The notes: generated by a model from the sequence alone, not told the origin. A stretch of 54,416 nt of DNA from an uncultured Hyphomicrobiales bacterium (GCA_964511865.1 CAZEHW010000001.1:1-54416); one strand, 5' to 3'. Positions 28,383 to 38,294 are shown, numbered from the stretch's first letter. Made by a program: numbers and translations.

Positions 28383-29834
28383 AGGAACTTTGTAAAACAC
28401 ATCATTCAAATACATCAGCGTATATGTCAAAGAGAAAATGATGTATGCCGCTAAAATAATCCCACTCCACTTCTTCCATTCAGGAAATTCAAATTTGCTG
28501 TTGTAAATAAGAAACAGGATAATTGGAATTGCATGAACAAAGTATCTGCCCTGCAGACCGAAAATCATATTTGCACCAACGGGTGAAATAAAATAACTCA
28601 TTAAGATAATCCCGAATATAGACCCAAAGCCGACAAAAAAGAAAATTGATTTTTGCCAGAACTTAACAACAATTTCTTTTTTAGCGTCAAGAAATGCGAC
28701 TGTTATCAGTATCAAACCGTGAAAGAAGAAGAACCAGTTGGGCAGTAATGTATATGAGTAACCAAACCTGCCAATGGTACCCCCTGTCCATTCCTGACGG
28801 AAGTTATTAATATTCCCTAATATATTTGAAATGATATTTCCAGGATTATTAAGCTGATAATCAATATTCATAGATTGATTCTTATATAAATCCTTTAGCA
28901 AGGCTGTGCTTGAATCCAAATGATAGCCCTGTGCGGCTAGGATTTTACTCCATGTCCATCCGGGCAAGTAATACAGTATAATACAGAATGCAAACATTAT
29001 TAGATAGATGTATATACTGCCCAATTTAATTTTGAATTTATTCACAGGAATAACAAAGATCAGAAATGGGATTAATGGATATCCATCTTTTGAATATCTG
29101 TGAATGAGTAATACCAGAACAATAAATAGTAATTCACGCCATGTAACAAATGATTTTTCATCGAATGCGAATTTTAAAATAAGGGCAAAAAACAAAAATG
29201 TCAGGGAAATACTCAACACATCATATGTAACGGAAGCACCCTGATACAATAGCATGGGTGTTAAAGCATAAAGCATAAGGACATTTTTGAATACCGGTGT
29301 AAATCTAATTGCATAAAAGATTATTATAAGGTAAAAAGTCAGACCGCCGATACGCCCCCACCAATTGAGCCATACCGGGTTGTCATTGATTATTTGTCCG
29401 ATGAAGATACCTGTAACATTCGGAATATAACCGACAGCATTATAATTGTAAAGATGGTCATGAATGAATTGCCGGTTGTTTGGATTCAAAGGAATATCTT
29501 CGAGTTCTTTCAATTTGTTTTTGCTGATTTTCATTGTTTCGGAAAAACGTATTCCCTGAAATTTTTTCGGAACTTCAGCAATATTTGTCGGGATAACTCC
29601 GCCTATTTTATTATCGCCCTGTTCCGGCAGAAGAAATCCTTTAGCAAGAAAATATGAATGGACAAAATGCCTGTCCTCGTCGTTTGATTGCCATGGAGGA
29701 TTGATAAAGACAAAATATAATCCAAAAATAATGCCGAGTAACAGGAATATCCATTCGGGCTTTAGTTTGTCTGTTATTATTTCTGACAAAGTATTTGACT
29801 TCTTTTTTTTCTGTGTAGTTATGCTTTTTGCCAT
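28380..29834 (-). CDS. Polytopic membrane protein, DUF2142/GT-C-like glycosyltransferase candidate
   Basis: 484 aa with about 12 TM helices and an early periplasmic-loop acidic motif NDEDRHF. It lies next to a GT2 gene. Confidence 0.55.
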   Translation of the reverse strand: MAKSITTQKKKKSNTLSEIITDKLKPEWIFLLLGIIFGLYFVFINPPWQSNDEDRHFVHSYFLAKGFLLPEQGDNKIGGVIPTNIAEVPKKFQGIRFSETMKISKNKLKELEDIPLNPNNRQFIHDHLYNYNAVGYIPNVTGIFIGQIINDNPVWLNWWGRIGGLTFYLIIIFYAIRFTPVFKNVLMLYALTPMLLYQGASVTYDVLSISLTFLFFALILKFAFDEKSFVTWRELLFIVLVLLIHRYSKDGYPLIPFLIFVIPVNKFKIKLGSIYIYLIMFAFCIILYYLPGWTWSKILAAQGYHLDSSTALLKDLYKNQSMNIDYQLNNPGNIISNILGNINNFRQEWTGGTIGRFGYSYTLLPNWFFFFHGLILITVAFLDAKKEIVVKFWQKSIFFFVGFGSIFGIILMSYFISPVGANMIFGLQGRYFVHAIPIILFLIYNSKFEFPEWKKWSGIILAAYIIFSLTYTLMYLNDVFYKVP

Positions 29835-29843
29835 GACACAATA

Positions 29844-31013
29844 TTATTTATTAACTGTTTTATGAAATTTTAATTTGAGAATACTATAAAAGAAACTTGA
29901 GAAAAATATTTGAAAACTGACAATCATTAAAGTTGCCGATATAATGACAATTCTCATAGTACTACTGATGGAAAGATCTTTAAACCAACCTCTTTCGAGC
30001 AGGACAAGTGAGAAAAGAACGCCTGCAAATCCACAGAGAAATATCACCAATCCGATAAAAAGCCCTTTTTCAAGAGTGGCATATTTTAACAATCTGTTCA
30101 AACGGGGATGTTCCGGTAACAACTCTTCCTGAACAGCAAAAACTTTTGTCAATACAGCAAATGACACACCCTGAACACCGATAATAATCAGTGCCGCCGC
30201 ATATAGCATTGTATGCACATCTAAATTAAGTTTTGACCCCGGGAGAAGCCAAATGTTTATAGCCATGCCGGCTATTATCATAAAAATACTGGGATACAAA
30301 AAAAGCCAGCGGGGAGAAAACAGCAATAAGAATCTCAAGTGACGCCAACCATCACGCACCGGTTTTAAATGAGCCGGACCGGGTCTTCCTGATGGGAGCA
30401 TTACTACCGGAACTTCAACAATTTTTTGATTTTTCAGAGTAGCTTTTACAATCATTTCGCTTGCGAATTCCATTCCTGATGTACGCAGATTCATTTCAAT
30501 ATATGCTTTCTTTGTAAATCCTCTCAGTCCACAATGGAAATCTTTGATATTGCTTCTAAAGAAAATTCGTCCCAAACCGGAAAGGATCGGATTGCCAATA
30601 TAACGATTGGCAAATGACATGGCATTCTTTTCGATACCGCCTTTGAACCTGTTGCCTACAACCAGATCATATCCCTGACGAAGATATTCGAGAAAGGGTA
30701 AAAGATTTTCCAAATCATGACTTCCGTCAGAATCACCCATGATAATGTATTTGCCTTTTGCGGCATTGATGCCACCCATTAATGCAGATCCGTAACCTTT
30801 TTCATTAACGTGTACCAGTTCGACTTGCTTTTGTTTGATAATTTCGATGGAACCGTCAGTACTTCCGTTGTCGGCAATTACTATTTCGGCATTCAGATTA
30901 TTAGTATTGATAAATTTCCTGGCATTTTCAATACAACCCTCTATTGTCTCTACTTCGTTTAAGCAGGGCATAACGATTGAAAGTTCATATTCGAAAATTT
31001 CAGATTCTGTCAT
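29844..31013 (-). CDS. GT2-family polyprenyl-phosphate glycosyltransferase with C-terminal TM helices
   Basis: LSIVMPCLNE, IVIADNGSTDGS and MGDSDGSHD (DxD-type), followed by 4 TM helices. The arrangement is ArnC/DPM1-like. Confidence 0.8.
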   Translation of the reverse strand: MTESEIFEYELSIVMPCLNEVETIEGCIENARKFINTNNLNAEIVIADNGSTDGSIEIIKQKQVELVHVNEKGYGSALMGGINAAKGKYIIMGDSDGSHDLENLLPFLEYLRQGYDLVVGNRFKGGIEKNAMSFANRYIGNPILSGLGRIFFRSNIKDFHCGLRGFTKKAYIEMNLRTSGMEFASEMIVKATLKNQKIVEVPVVMLPSGRPGPAHLKPVRDGWRHLRFLLLFSPRWLFLYPSIFMIIAGMAINIWLLPGSKLNLDVHTMLYAAALIIIGVQGVSFAVLTKVFAVQEELLPEHPRLNRLLKYATLEKGLFIGLVIFLCGFAGVLFSLVLLERGWFKDLSISSTMRIVIISATLMIVSFQIFFSSFFYSILKLKFHKTVNK

Positions 31014-31107
31014 TATTAGCTGAAAAATTACAAAAAAATTGTTGTATCAGTTTATTCTACTGACCAAGTATAAAAATACTAAAATACAAAAATATATTCT
31101 TTTAGTC

Positions 31108-31300
31108 AATAATTGTTGATTGTTAATTGTTAATGGTAATGAAGAAGGGAGTTCAGCAGACGGCAGACGGCAGACAGTAAGAAGTGAGAAGGTATCCTTC
31201 CAAAAGCTCAGGATGACAAGGGAAAGCAGGAGGAAAGATGGGATGTTAGGTAGGTTTTTACCGAATTTATCCTTCGGCAAGCTCAGGATAGCGAGAAGTA
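31108..31300 (+). repeat. Composite repeat (TGTTAAT heptads, GCAGACG heptads, two CxAAGCTCAGGAT boxes flanking a GA-rich core)
   Basis: GCAGACG GCAGACG GCAGACA GTAAGAA GTGAGAA GGTATCC TTCCAAA AGCTCAG GATGACA AGGGAAA are in one register. The second box, CCTTCGGCAAGCTCAGGATAGC, is at 31270-31296. Confidence 0.85.
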
Positions 31301-31397
31301 AATTGTGGAAATTTGACAATTAATATTATTTTTATTCGCAGAATTAAGAAAATTTGCTTATTTTTCATTTTGCAGTCAGCTGATTATTGATAGTCAA

Positions 31398-34001
31398 TTG
31401 ACAAATGAGGTAATTAAGATGAAAAATGTTTTATCGGAAAATCTGAAAAATAACAAGGCAATGCAAGATGTTGTTGTGATTGGGGTAATAGCAACATTGT
31501 TTATAATTATTGCCTCATCATCAGGATATTTCCTTGCCGGTATTACTAAAGATATTGTCAAAGACTACCAGGGCGTTGCAGTGAAGTTGACAATACTTGT
31601 AATAATATCAATATCATTACTGGTGTTTTCAATCAGACGGATGCTTGAGTTAAGAGATGAGATTTTAAGACGTAAGGACATGGAACGTCGGATGTATAAA
31701 AGCCGCTCTGAACTTCAAGCAGTACTTGATGGTGTACCCGATATGATTATGCAGGTTGATATTAACCTGAAGATTCTTTGGGCAAATAAGGCAGTCTTGA
31801 ATAGGGATGCTCAAGCTATCGGCAAAACATGCAAAGAAACTTTCTCTATTATCGGTGAATCTGTCATTGAAACGTATAGTAAATGGGCAATGGTAACAGG
31901 TATTATTGAGAAAGGGATTAAGTATCAACCTACAATGATTGGTGAAGATACAGGAAGTTATTGGGAGGGTATCGGCATTCCATTGAAAGCAAAGGATGGA
32001 GTTATATATGGAGCAATTGCAATAGGCAGAGATGTAACCGAAAGAATGAGAATTGAACATACTTCGAATTTGCTCGCATCAATCATGGAATCTACTGACG
32101 ATGCAATTTACGGTATGACATTCGATACAACAGTCTTAAGCTGGAATCTTGGTGCTGAAAATATTTATGGATTTCATTCCGCAGAAATAATCGGAACAAA
32201 AGGAGACAGAACGATCTTACCGCAGGAGAGAATTTTGTTTTTAGAAAAAATTGAAAAAGTAATACGGTCTCAGGAAATTGAAAGATTTGAATTTATGCGT
32301 ATCAGAAAAGACAGGAATGAGATTTATGTTTCTGTTACTCTTTGTCCTTTCGTTGATACTACAGGAAGAAAAATTGGAGTTTCTGCGATTGACAGGGATA
32401 TTACACAAAGAAAATTAGCAGAAAAGGCATTAATTGAAAGCGAATCAAGATACAGAGAACTTTTTGCAAACATGACAAGCGGTGTTGCGGTATATGAACC
32501 AATAAATCATGGGCAGGATTTTATTTTCAAGGATATGAATGATGGTGCTGAAAAAATAGAAAACATGGAAAAAGAAAAGCTAATAGGGAAGAAATGCAGT
32601 TCTATTTTTGAAAAGGCACATATACCGGAAGCATTGGATATTATCAGGAATGTATACAAAACGGGTAAATCTGCACAGCATTTATTAACGATGATAACTT
32701 ACGATAAAACAACCGGTCAGCAATCGGTAAAGAGTTGGCGGGATAATCGTTTGTACAAACTTCCGAGCGGTGAAATAGTAGCGATTTATGACGATATTAC
32801 AGAAAGAGTTCTTGCTGAGGATGCATTGAAAGACAGTGAGGAGAAATTTCGTACTTTGGTAAGTACTGCACCTGACGGAATTGTATTGATTGATATTGAC
32901 GGAACTGTAATTGAAGCAAATTGGGCTTTCGCAGATATTTTTGAATTTGAAAGGGAAGAAATATTAGGAAGAAACTTTTCTGACTTTTTCCCTGAGGGCA
33001 AAAGCAAAGATAGAGGCATGGAAGCACTTGGATTTGAAGTCATTAATAAGAATAGCCAACTTAAAGCTGTTAATAATAACCAGGATGAAAACAGCAATGT
33101 TCAACAAAGAGAAATTATTGCTAAGTCAAAAAGCGGAAAGGAGATTTATATTGAATTATCAATTGCGCATTTGCAGGATGATTTGGGAATATTGACAGGT
33201 ATGATTGCTATTATACGCGATATCAGTATAAGAAAACAATTTGAATATGAGCTTCAGGATTCAAGAGAGCAAATGCGGAATCTGGCAATTCACCTTCAGT
33301 CAGCCAGAGAAGAAGAAAGAAAGAACATTGCCTTCGAAATACACGACGAGCTTGGTTATGCACTAACTGCTTTGAAGCTGGATTTGGCATGGCTTATGAA
33401 AAAAACTAACACAGGAGACAATACGATTATTCAGAAATCCAGAACGATGGCTGAACTAATTGACACAACTATTAATAAAGTCAGAACAATTTCCACTCAG
33501 CTAAGACCGTCTATATTAGACCATTTTGGATTAATCGCGGCTATTGAGTGGCAGGCAAATGAATTTCAAAAGAGAACTGCTATAAGATGTAAAGTGAATC
33601 TTGAGACGACAGATATGCAGTTCAAGGACCCATTCAGCACTGCAATTTTCAGGATATTTCAGGAGACATTGACAAACATAGCGCGTCATGCAAAAGCTTC
33701 GAGAGTAGATGTGAGTTTGCTAAGAATAAGTGGCGATAAAAAGGATACGGGAGTACTGAATGAAAATGATTTTTTGGAATTAAGAATTAGTGACAACGGA
33801 GTTGGTTTGCCAAAGGAGGAATTGATTAATCCCAAGTCTTTGGGTTTGATAGGGATAATTGAAAGAGCTAAATCTATAGGCGGCAATGTCGAATTCATAA
33901 GTGAAAAACAGAATTCAGAAGAAAAACCTAATAAATCAGACAGTGGTTTTGGAACAACAGTTTTATTAACGATACCAATAAAAGAAATTATAAAGGAATA
34001 A
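31398..34001 (+). CDS. Multi-PAS sensor histidine kinase (HisKA_3/NarX-type)
   Basis: N-terminal TM helices are followed by several PAS-like blocks (..DITERK/DITQRK linkers). The H-box is FEIHDELGYALTALKLDL, and HATPase motifs are present (ISDNGVGL, GLIGIIERA). Confidence 0.85.
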   Translation: MTNEVIKMKNVLSENLKNNKAMQDVVVIGVIATLFIIIASSSGYFLAGITKDIVKDYQGVAVKLTILVIISISLLVFSIRRMLELRDEILRRKDMERRMYKSRSELQAVLDGVPDMIMQVDINLKILWANKAVLNRDAQAIGKTCKETFSIIGESVIETYSKWAMVTGIIEKGIKYQPTMIGEDTGSYWEGIGIPLKAKDGVIYGAIAIGRDVTERMRIEHTSNLLASIMESTDDAIYGMTFDTTVLSWNLGAENIYGFHSAEIIGTKGDRTILPQERILFLEKIEKVIRSQEIERFEFMRIRKDRNEIYVSVTLCPFVDTTGRKIGVSAIDRDITQRKLAEKALIESESRYRELFANMTSGVAVYEPINHGQDFIFKDMNDGAEKIENMEKEKLIGKKCSSIFEKAHIPEALDIIRNVYKTGKSAQHLLTMITYDKTTGQQSVKSWRDNRLYKLPSGEIVAIYDDITERVLAEDALKDSEEKFRTLVSTAPDGIVLIDIDGTVIEANWAFADIFEFEREEILGRNFSDFFPEGKSKDRGMEALGFEVINKNSQLKAVNNNQDENSNVQQREIIAKSKSGKEIYIELSIAHLQDDLGILTGMIAIIRDISIRKQFEYELQDSREQMRNLAIHLQSAREEERKNIAFEIHDELGYALTALKLDLAWLMKKTNTGDNTIIQKSRTMAELIDTTINKVRTISTQLRPSILDHFGLIAAIEWQANEFQKRTAIRCKVNLETTDMQFKDPFSTAIFRIFQETLTNIARHAKASRVDVSLLRISGDKKDTGVLNENDFLELRISDNGVGLPKEELINPKSLGLIGIIERAKSIGGNVEFISEKQNSEEKPNKSDSGFGTTVLLTIPIKEIIKE

Positions 34002-34003
34002 GT

Positions 34004-34633
34004 ATGATTAGAATTATTATTGCGGACGACCATGCAGTTGTCCGAAAAGGTTTAAAGCAAATCTTTGACGAAACATTGGATTTAGTTGTTACAGATGAAG
34101 CGAATTCAGGAAATGAATTACTTGATAAAATTAAAATCAATGATTATGATGTGGTTATTTTGGATATATCAATGCCGGGAAAAGACGGGCTTGATACACT
34201 CAAGGAGCTTAAGGGAATAAAACCGGATTTGCCTGTTTTGATTTTCACAATTTACCCTGAAGAACAATATGCAGTCAGAGTTTTAAAAGCAGGAGCTTCC
34301 GGATATATCAACAAGGAAAGCGAACCTGAATTGTTAATTGAAGCAATAAGAAAAGTATCACATGGAAGAAAGTATATTTCTCCATACCTTGCAGAACTGC
34401 TTGCATCAAACCTTGACACAGGTGAAGCACCTTTACACGAACAGCTTTCGGACAGGGAATATCAGGTGATGTGTATGATTGCATCAGGAAAGACTGCTAC
34501 AGATATAGCTAAAGAACTTTCGCTCAGCATTAATACTATTTCTACTTACCGAATAAGAATTTTGGAGAAAATGAATATGAAGAATAATGCTGAAATAACC
34601 CATTATGCTTTGAAAAATCGGCTTGTTGAGTAG
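34004..34633 (+). CDS. NarL/FixJ-family response regulator (REC + LuxR HTH)
   Basis: IIIADDH and DVVILDISMPG (phospho-Asp), with the C-terminal LSDREYQVMCMIASGKTATDIAKELSLSINTISTYR. Its start lies 3 nt after the kinase stop. Confidence 0.9.
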   Translation: MIRIIIADDHAVVRKGLKQIFDETLDLVVTDEANSGNELLDKIKINDYDVVILDISMPGKDGLDTLKELKGIKPDLPVLIFTIYPEEQYAVRVLKAGASGYINKESEPELLIEAIRKVSHGRKYISPYLAELLASNLDTGEAPLHEQLSDREYQVMCMIASGKTATDIAKELSLSINTISTYRIRILEKMNMKNNAEITHYALKNRLVE

Positions 34634-34697
34634 GAAAGAGTTAGGAGTTACGAGTCTAAAGTTAAGAGTTATGAATTTGAGAGTAAGGTAGAAGAAA
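34626..34697 (+). repeat. Heptad array GTTAGGA GTTACGA GTCTAAA GTTAAGA GTTATGA ..
   Basis: It begins on the TAG stop of the response regulator. Confidence 0.85.
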
Positions 34698-34810
34698 AAA
34701 AAGTTTGGAATTCAAAGTTAAAAACAATGGATTATTTTAGAAAATAAATGAAAAAATTAATAAAAAAATTAATAAATTGCACATTATTTATTTGATGAAA
34801 AGAGGTATTT

Positions 34811-35461
34811 ATGTTATTTGTTGACATACTTGGCAATGTTGCTTACGGAACGTACCTTCTTGCTTCCGGATTTAAAAAAATCATATACCTGAGAATAGCA
34901 CTTGTTGTTGCGGGTTTACTTGAGCTTTGGTATTTTGTAATTACTAAACCTGATGATTTATTAATCAGTATCATTTGGGGTATTCTTTTCGTAATGATTA
35001 ATGTCTTTATGATTGGTCTTTATATTTATGAACATAAAGCATTGGCATTAAAAGATGAAGAGGCAAAACTATATTATATGGTTTTTCATAAAATGGAAAA
35101 AGTCCTTTTTAAGAAGCTCATGAAAGCAGGACATTGGATTGCCTGCCCACAGAATTGTACCCTTATTAGAGAAAATGATAAAACCAATACATTAATGGTC
35201 CTTTTTGAAGGGAGGATCCGAATTGAAGTTGAAGGTAAAGTAATAACCAACCTAAATCCCGGAAGTTTTATTGGAGAGATTAGTTTTCTTGCAGGTGGTA
35301 ATGCAACTGCAACAGCAACAGCTGTAGATGAATCCCGACTCTTTTGCTGGGATAAAAAATCATTATTGAAACTTTTAGACCAGAATCCGAACATGGATGT
35401 AGAAATGATGAAAATATTTAGCTCGGACCTTGTTAATAAACTCATTCAAAGCAACAAATAA
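34811..35461 (+). CDS. Membrane-anchored cyclic-nucleotide-binding-domain protein
   Basis: Three N-terminal TM helices are followed by a cNMP-binding fold (FIGEISFLAGGNATATATA..). Confidence 0.6.
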   Translation: MLFVDILGNVAYGTYLLASGFKKIIYLRIALVVAGLLELWYFVITKPDDLLISIIWGILFVMINVFMIGLYIYEHKALALKDEEAKLYYMVFHKMEKVLFKKLMKAGHWIACPQNCTLIRENDKTNTLMVLFEGRIRIEVEGKVITNLNPGSFIGEISFLAGGNATATATAVDESRLFCWDKKSLLKLLDQNPNMDVEMMKIFSSDLVNKLIQSNK

Positions 35462-35478
35462 GAAAAGCAATAATTTTT

Positions 35479-36336
35479 TTAATCGAAAATATATTTTATG
35501 CCAAATTGGGCATTACCGGCAAACCCATCATCTTTGACTTTATCGTAATCATCATTGTAATGCATGAGGTAAATCTTCTTTTTCCATTTATCGGGTAAAG
35601 TTCTTAGTTCATCATATGATGCATGAACAGGATTTTTTGTAAACGAACAGTCGTGGAAAATAATCTCAGCTTTATCGGCATATATATCTAATAATGATTT
35701 ATCGAATTTTGTGTCGCTTGTATACATAACCCGCTTATCTATCATCAAGCCATAGGAAATGAATGCCTGTTTTTGCGTTTTGGCTGAATCGGGAATGTGA
35801 TTAGTCCCAAATAATTCTATATCAATGCCTTTGTATTTTATTTTATATTTTGTTCTGTCTTTTGAAGAAATTGGCTTTGCTAATAGAATATCGAAATAAT
35901 CAGTTATATTTAATCTTTTATTCTTAATTCTTTCGTTCCATTCCAGACCGCCTTTGAGAGAGTAATTCCAAAGTATATCCTTGTATTCTTTCGTAGTTAT
36001 TAATTTAAGCTTCGGATTGTTAGGAAAATTTGGACCTGAATATCTTTTATTAAGAGCCAAATATTCAACACCGCCGATGTGGTCAGCGTGACTGTGTGTA
36101 GGAAGAAATGCTTCAATATCCAATGGGCTCAGACCTAAATGCTTTTCAAGGGAGATAGGGGCATTATAGCCAAAATCAACGAGGATATGTGCATCTCCTT
36201 TTACTATAATAATGTTGTTATTATATAGTAATTGAGAAAATGCAGTACCAGTACCAAGAAAAATTATTTCAAGGTTCCCATCATTTTGTAGCTTAAGTTT
36301 ATTTTTAATTTTATATATTTTCATAATTATCCTCAA
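35479..36336 (-). CDS. MBL-fold metallo-hydrolase
   Basis: The HxHxDH motif is THSHADHIGG, with a later H and D. Confidence 0.75.
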   Translation of the reverse strand: MRIIMKIYKIKNKLKLQNDGNLEIIFLGTGTAFSQLLYNNNIIIVKGDAHILVDFGYNAPISLEKHLGLSPLDIEAFLPTHSHADHIGGVEYLALNKRYSGPNFPNNPKLKLITTKEYKDILWNYSLKGGLEWNERIKNKRLNITDYFDILLAKPISSKDRTKYKIKYKGIDIELFGTNHIPDSAKTQKQAFISYGLMIDKRVMYTSDTKFDKSLLDIYADKAEIIFHDCSFTKNPVHASYDELRTLPDKWKKKIYLMHYNDDYDKVKDDGFAGNAQFGIKYIFD

Positions 36337-36422
36337 GTCAATTTATAAAATTAAGAAAATATTATGCCAAATTCTAAAGAAATGTTCATTATTAGAAAGT
36401 AATGAATTTAGAGTATTCCATT

Positions 36423-36600
36423 TTATTGCTTAATAAACATTTTTCCTTTTATATCATTAGATCTTATCATATAAACGAAATAAATTCCCGGAGATATATT
36501 TCCAGAATTGATTTGATAAATATTCATATATATTATTTACAAGTAAGTCGTTATAAACACATTCTCTAAATATATTATAATAATTAACCTGAATATTTGA
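36423..36600 (-). pseudogene. Orphan remnant of a T9SS C-terminal sorting domain
   Basis: The minus strand reads ..NIQVNYYNIFRECVYNDLLVNNIY / (frame change) MNIYQINSGNISPGIYFVYMIRSNDIKGKMFIKQ*. This resembles the last ~55 aa of the CTDs in this window. There is no upstream protein body, and a frameshift/stop interrupts it. Confidence 0.35.
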
Positions 36601-36605
36601 ATTAT

Positions 36606-36684
36606 TTCTCGCAAAGCACGCAAAGAATACAGAGTAACAGAGAAATAACTATTAACCATTAACAATTAACAATTGACCATTCAC
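36606..36684 (-). repeat. Heptad array overlapping the hutI 3' end
   Basis: The minus strand reads AATGGTC AATTGTT AATTGTT AATGGTT AATAGTT ATTTCTC TGTTACT CTGTATT CTTTGCG TGCTTTG CGAGAAA. The first four units encode the last hutI codons (..NGQLLIVNG*). Confidence 0.85.
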
Positions 36685-37911
36685 CCATGTTTCCTCGACA
36701 TGATTAATTCCGAAGTGATAGAATAAATCCGTATATGTATGTGTATCAAGAATAATGAAATTGGCAAGTTTACCGACTTCAAGACTGCCCATTTTATCAG
36801 ATTGGCATATAGCAGCGGCACCGTTTAATGTTGAGGCAGTGATTGCTTCTTCGGCACTCATGTTCATATTAATCACTGCAAGCGATAATATCGTTTGCAT
36901 GTTTTCAGTAAAGCAGGAACCGGGATTACAATCAGTTGACAAAGCTACGATACATCCGGTGTCAATTAATTTCCTTGCAGGAGCATAGGGCAATCTGATG
37001 AAATACGCTGTCCCAGGCAACAAAGTTGCAACTGTACCCGATTCCTTCAAAGCATTTATTCCTTCATCGGATACAAATAGCAAATGGTCGGCTGATACTG
37101 CTCCCAATTTGCACGCTAACTGAGTTGAACCGAAATCTGCAAGCTCATCGCAATGCACTTTCAATTTTAGTCCGTTGTCGAGACCGGCTCTCAAAACCTT
37201 TTCACCTTCTTCGAGTGTATAATATCCCTTATCAATAAAAGCATCGCAAAACTCAGCAAGATTTTCTTCCTTGACGGCAGGCAGCATTTCTTTGCAGATT
37301 AAATCAATATAAGCATTGTGATTGTTTCTGTATTCCGGTGGGAAATCGTGAGCACCCAGAAAAGTTGAACTAATATGAACAGGTAATTCGGATTTCAATT
37401 GCTTAATAGCTCGCAAAAGTTTCAATTCACTTTCAGTCGAAAGACCATATCCGCTTTTCATTTCGAATGCCGTTGTGCCATGTTTGATGGCATTTAGAGC
37501 AATTCGTTTGCCGGATACAACCAACTCTTCAATATTAGCTTCTCTTGTCCCTTTAACGGTTGTTAAAATACCACCTCCTTCTTCTGCAATTTGTTGATAG
37601 CTCACACCTCTCAAACGTCTTGCAAATTCATGTGAGCGGTTGCCTCCGAATACAATATGCGTATGCGAATCAACAAATCCCGGTAAAATGGTTTTACCTT
37701 TTGCATCAATGATTTTATTGGGTGTAAAAGTATTATTTGAAATCAGCGGTTTCAATTCATTGACAGTTCCCACCCATTTAATTTCCTTATCGAAAATCAT
37801 AGCTCCGTTTTTTATTTCGCCAATATCTGACATATCACTACCGGCTTTTTGTTTTTTTCCGTTAGCATTGACAGTTACCAATGAACTAATATTTGTGATT
37901 AATGTTGTCAT
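36652..37911 (-). CDS. hutI: Imidazolonepropionase
   Basis: 419 aa. PGFVDSHTHIVFGGNRSHEF..GVSYQQIAEEGGGI and HCDE..ADHL are amidohydrolase/HutI motifs. Confidence 0.9.
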   Translation of the reverse strand: MTTLITNISSLVTVNANGKKQKAGSDMSDIGEIKNGAMIFDKEIKWVGTVNELKPLISNNTFTPNKIIDAKGKTILPGFVDSHTHIVFGGNRSHEFARRLRGVSYQQIAEEGGGILTTVKGTREANIEELVVSGKRIALNAIKHGTTAFEMKSGYGLSTESELKLLRAIKQLKSELPVHISSTFLGAHDFPPEYRNNHNAYIDLICKEMLPAVKEENLAEFCDAFIDKGYYTLEEGEKVLRAGLDNGLKLKVHCDELADFGSTQLACKLGAVSADHLLFVSDEGINALKESGTVATLLPGTAYFIRLPYAPARKLIDTGCIVALSTDCNPGSCFTENMQTILSLAVINMNMSAEEAITASTLNGAAAICQSDKMGSLEVGKLANFIILDTHTYTDLFYHFGINHVEETWVNGQLLIVNG

Positions 37912-38019
37912 ATTTTAAAAGAATATTTTATTAAATTATATTTTAATTAGACGAAAAAGCGTGAAGATATTATCAGAGGATTACCATATACAACCCCTCC
38001 TTGTTAGGAAGGGAAAACA

Positions 38020-38125
38020 GAACACACCCAGTCCCTGCGGGACACCCCTCTCAAGAGGGGATTTATACTCACTTTTCATCCCCTTTTTGTTTTATCCCCT
38101 CTCGAGAGGGGCAGGGGTGTGTTCT
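38020..38125. repeat. Inverted pair of the GAACACACCC..CCCCTCTCGAGAGGGG module
   Basis: 38020-38064 reads GAACACACCCAGTCCCTGCGGGACACCCCTCTCAAGAGGGGAT. 38095-38125 reads TCCCCTCTCGAGAGGGGCAGGGGTGTGTTC in inverted orientation. A near-identical copy is at 1674-1716. Confidence 0.9.
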
Positions 38126-38294
38126 TCTATTTTCTAAAACCGGGGAGGTGTTAAAAAACATTTCCAAAAATTTGCGAACTCCCAATACTACAATGTCACA
38201 TAAACAGCAAAAACGTCTCAGCAATAATCGAATAAATTCGTTTTCTCCTGTTAACCTTTAAATGAACAAAGCTAATTCAAGCAAGGCATAGTTT

